Positions 36,737 through 41,460 of a stretch of DNA of 41,460 nt are shown here, piece by piece. The position numbers and the translations under genes are program-made. Source of the stretch: Pseudomonadota bacterium (GTDB lineage: Bacteria; Myxococcota_A; UBA796; JAFGLY01). The stretch is taken from contig JBDRKM010000069.1 in assembly GCA_043814015.1 (NCBI GenBank), forward strand, positions 1-41,460, given 5' to 3'. Position 1 is the stretch's first letter; each line of letters opens with the position of its first letter. The notes under the pieces are model-generated. The model had not been told where the DNA came from. It worked only from the letters and a program-made list of their open reading frames with translations, and ran no database searches.

Positions 36737-36977
36737 GGTCTCGCTCCGATGGAGAGGGCAAGGAAGGAAAGCCCCGCTGGGGGTGACCGCCGCCGGGCCC
36801 GAGGAAGAGGCTTGGAACCCGTCGTGTTCACGGTCCTGCTGGTGAACCCGGCAGGCCCAGGGGGGAAGCGCCAGCGCCATTAGCGCATGAGGCTACACGT
36901 GTCAATGCCGCGAGGGCGGACAGCCATCCCCCGACCTCCGTGCTATCCTCTGGGGAGCACAGGAGGAGCGTCGAGCC

Positions 36978-37706
36978 ATGCCTGCAGCGCGCCGAAGCGG
37001 CTTCACGATGATCGAGCTTCTGATCGCCGTGGCGATCATCGGAATACTGTCGGCCACGGGCTACACCTACATGTCGCGCCTCATCCCGCGCTACCGCGCC
37101 TACGAGGCCGCGAAGGACCTCGCCGCCAACGTCCAGAAGGCCCGCGGGCTCGCCGCCCAGGACAGCAGTGAGTACCGCATCCTCCTGGCCGCAGGCGATG
37201 GCAGCTACCTCGACCCGGTCGCGACCAACGTCGGGCTCTACCACGTGGAGGCCGGCAACAGGGATTTCGGCTCCACCCGCTGGGATCGCCTCCCCAGGGA
37301 TCCGGCGCCCGTGGGCGAAGCCGCGCCGGCTGACGACCTGACCGCCGAAGGCACCATCGATGTCGGCGCGACCCTCCCCGCCGTCTCCCTCGTCCCCTGG
37401 GACGCGCTGGCGGGGCCCTCCTACGGCGGTGAGAGCAACGCCGAGTGCATCGTGATCTCGCCCCGTGGGTGGCTGGTGAACCCGAACTCGGACTTCGGCT
37501 CGGACGGCTACATCACGGTCGAGTTCATCAACAAGCAGGCGCTGACCCGCGGTCTGGACGAGCGCTACCAGGTGCGCATCTCCCGCGCCGGCATGGTGCG
37601 CATCGACTTCAACTCGAGCCTGTACGAGAGCGTGGACAGCAACGGCCTGGGCATCGACCAGCGCTCCTCCGACTACTCCTCCGCCAGCGGTGGTGGTGCA
37701 CGCTGA
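36978..37706 (+). CDS. Type IV pilin-like protein (prepilin-type N-terminal cleavage/methylation domain), orphan
   Basis: RSGFTMIELLIAVAIIGILSA is the class III signal, G|FTxIE followed by a hydrophobic helix. GGAGGAG RBS. 242 aa. Confidence 0.8.
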   Translation: MPAARRSGFTMIELLIAVAIIGILSATGYTYMSRLIPRYRAYEAAKDLAANVQKARGLAAQDSSEYRILLAAGDGSYLDPVATNVGLYHVEAGNRDFGSTRWDRLPRDPAPVGEAAPADDLTAEGTIDVGATLPAVSLVPWDALAGPSYGGESNAECIVISPRGWLVNPNSDFGSDGYITVEFINKQALTRGLDERYQVRISRAGMVRIDFNSSLYESVDSNGLGIDQRSSDYSSASGGGAR

Positions 37707-37836
37707 CCGCACGGCCGCGCGCCGCGCCGCGCCGGAAAAAACCCGGCGATGATGAGGTTCTTCGGGGATACCGGCCCGACGACAGGGCGGCCTGACCGGC
37801 ACGTCCCGACCGGGGTTGGCGGAGTTCTCCAAAGGC

Positions 37837-37966
37837 TTTTCCACAATTGGAAAACCGCCTCTACGGGCCTGTAAAGCCAGCTACCGCCAGGAAAACGCCG
37901 TTTTCCACCGAGCCGGCGTCCACAAGATGTTGAGGTTTCCACTGCTTTCCACCACTACATCTTGTG
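37837..37966 (+). promoter_or_regulatory. Cluster of palindromic operator-like sites in the nrdJ leader: TTTTCCacaattGGAAAA (37837-37854), GGAAAACGcCGTTTTCC (37890-37906), CACAAGATGT...ACATCTTGTG (37921-37930 / 37957-37966) bracketing two further TTTCC copies
   Basis: Read directly. Six TTTCC/GGAAA motifs within 130 bp, in an AT-enriched 455-bp leader. Confidence 0.5.
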
Positions 37967-38162
37967 CCTCGACCCCTTGACGGCGTGCTGGCGGGAAGGG
38001 TATCCAGTGACACGCTGTGCGGCGTGATCGTACGCTGCAGAAGCCATAAACGACAGACCGAAAAACAAAATAGTCACACCTCCCCTCGCGGTGCTCGTGC
38101 TCCCCGCCGCCCAGCCGGGTGGCTCCTGCTGCGGCCCCCCCGCGAGTCTCCCGGAGACCTCC

Positions 38163-41009
<2,847 letters not shown>

Positions 41010-41120
41010 TGCCCCTGCCGGGCGGACGCCGTCCTCCGCCCCCCCCTCTCCTGCCTCGGGGGTGCATCGACTGGACGGCCGACCGTGGCCCCGCGTCCGA
41101 CGCGGGAGCGATCGGAACCC

Positions 41121-41154
41121 GGGGGCGGGCAGACTTGAACCCCTGCCCGCCCCC
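41121..41154. terminator. Strong GC hairpin (12-bp perfect stem GGGGGCGGGCAG / CTGCCCGCCCCC, 10-nt loop) between convergent nrdJ and btpA-like genes
   Basis: Read directly. No flanking U-tract, so the intrinsic-terminator function is uncertain. Confidence 0.4.
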
Positions 41155-41165
41155 TCCTCACCTCC

Positions 41166-41460
41166 TCAGCCTCCGAAGGCCCCCACCAGCCGCCTTACGC
41201 GCTCGACGTCTAGGGGGGCGGTGAGGTCGGCGCCTTCGTGCAGCCAGGTGCCGGCGATGGCCGCATCGCACAGGGGGGCGTAGCGGCCGGCGTTCTCGGG
41301 CGTGAGCCCGCTGCCCAGCCAGAGCGGGGCTTCGGGCACCGCGGCGCGGACCGCCTCCAGCCGCCCGGGATCCGCCGCGAACCCGGTGCCCGGCCCGGTG
41401 ACGATGAGGGCGTCGGCTCCGCCGCGCAGGAAGGAGTCGCGCGCGGCCTGACGGATGTCC
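41166..41460 (-). CDS. BtpA/SgcQ-family TIM-barrel protein, C-terminal part (gene continues beyond the window end)
   Basis: Manual translation of the minus strand gives ..DIRQAARDSFLRGGADALIVTGPGTGFAADPGRLEAVRAAVPEAPLWLGSGLTPENAGRYAPLCDAAIAGTWLHEGADLTAPLDVERVRRLVGAFGG*. It resembles the conserved BtpA C-terminal region (GSG.T.EN.....DG.IVGT.LK.DG....LD.ERV). Confidence 0.5.
   Translation of the reverse strand, partial: DIRQAARDSFLRGGADALIVTGPGTGFAADPGRLEAVRAAVPEAPLWLGSGLTPENAGRYAPLCDAAIAGTWLHEGADLTAPLDVERVRRLVGAFGG

Noticed and set aside
37707-37760. Intrinsic terminator after the pilin-like gene (CGCCGG-aaaaaac-CCGGCG)
   Set aside because: Only a 6-bp stem, and no U-tract follows. Too weak to call.
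37880-37910. Possible cobalamin riboswitch ahead of the B12-dependent nrdJ (GCCAGGAAAACGCC resembles the B12-box GCCAGGAGACCTGCC)
   Set aside because: Only this partial match is present. The other conserved aptamer elements (GGGAA...GGTG.AA.TCC, GCCACTG) are absent or out of order. B12 riboswitches normally control B12-independent isozymes or transporters, not nrdJ. The segment is also a near-perfect DNA palindrome (GGAAAACGcCGTTTTCC) with a 1-nt centre, which fits a protein-binding site better than an RNA hairpin.

Overview
The window is 41.5 kb of very GC-rich (~70%) bacterial chromosome, densely coding on both strands. Three features together point to a myxobacterium (Myxococcota): a MYXO-CTERM-type C-terminal sorting tail (Cys, hydrophobic stretch, Arg-rich end) on a secreted metzincin, an Oar-like TonB-dependent receptor with an N-terminal carboxypeptidase-regulatory-like domain, and many lipoproteins. 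I support about 32 protein genes and no rRNA, tRNA, CRISPR or transposase genes. All calls below come from reading motifs in the six-frame ORF translations; no database search was run. In order, the window holds the following. (1) On the minus strand, a GT-C-like polytopic membrane protein followed by a SAM-dependent methyltransferase. (2) An SPFH/Band-7 protein with two C-terminal DUF4339/GYF-like repeats. (3) An arylsulfotransferase-like beta-propeller lipoprotein. (4) A translationally coupled GGDEF diguanylate cyclase and HDOD protein. (5) An orphan AmmeMemoRadiSam-type radical SAM enzyme. (6) Divergent from it, a secreted TldD / PmbA(TldE) peptidase pair, then an HDAC-family deacetylase and a lipoprotein. 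(7) An operon of MFS transporter, small membrane protein and lipase-like alpha/beta hydrolase. (8) A sulfatase-fold lipoprotein with a Thr at the nucleophile position. (9) A secreted protein coupled to a metzincin-PKD-MYXO-CTERM protease. (10) An Oar-like TonB-dependent receptor followed by two Cys-rich acidic lipoproteins. (11) A large secreted hypothetical protein. (12) CCA-adding enzyme, a Cys-less TlpA-like redoxin, a pseudokinase-zinc-ribbon-PP2C fusion, tgt, an EEP-family hydrolase, an EamA transporter, rpmG (L33), rpsD (S4) and an orphan type IV pilin-like gene. (13) Class II (B12-dependent) ribonucleotide reductase nrdJ, and the partial 3' end of a BtpA-family gene. The most unusual non-coding signals are these. 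First, a ~172-bp AT-rich element bounded by 24-bp inverted repeats and holding two 43-bp direct repeats, in the divergent promoter region between the radical SAM gene and tldD. Second, heptanucleotide-periodic tandem arrays at three loci, two of them as inverted pairs ~100 bp apart. Third, a 455-bp nrdJ leader packed with TTTCC/GGAAA palindromes and a 10-bp inverted repeat. Many large ORFs in the track are antisense artefacts of the high GC content and were rejected.
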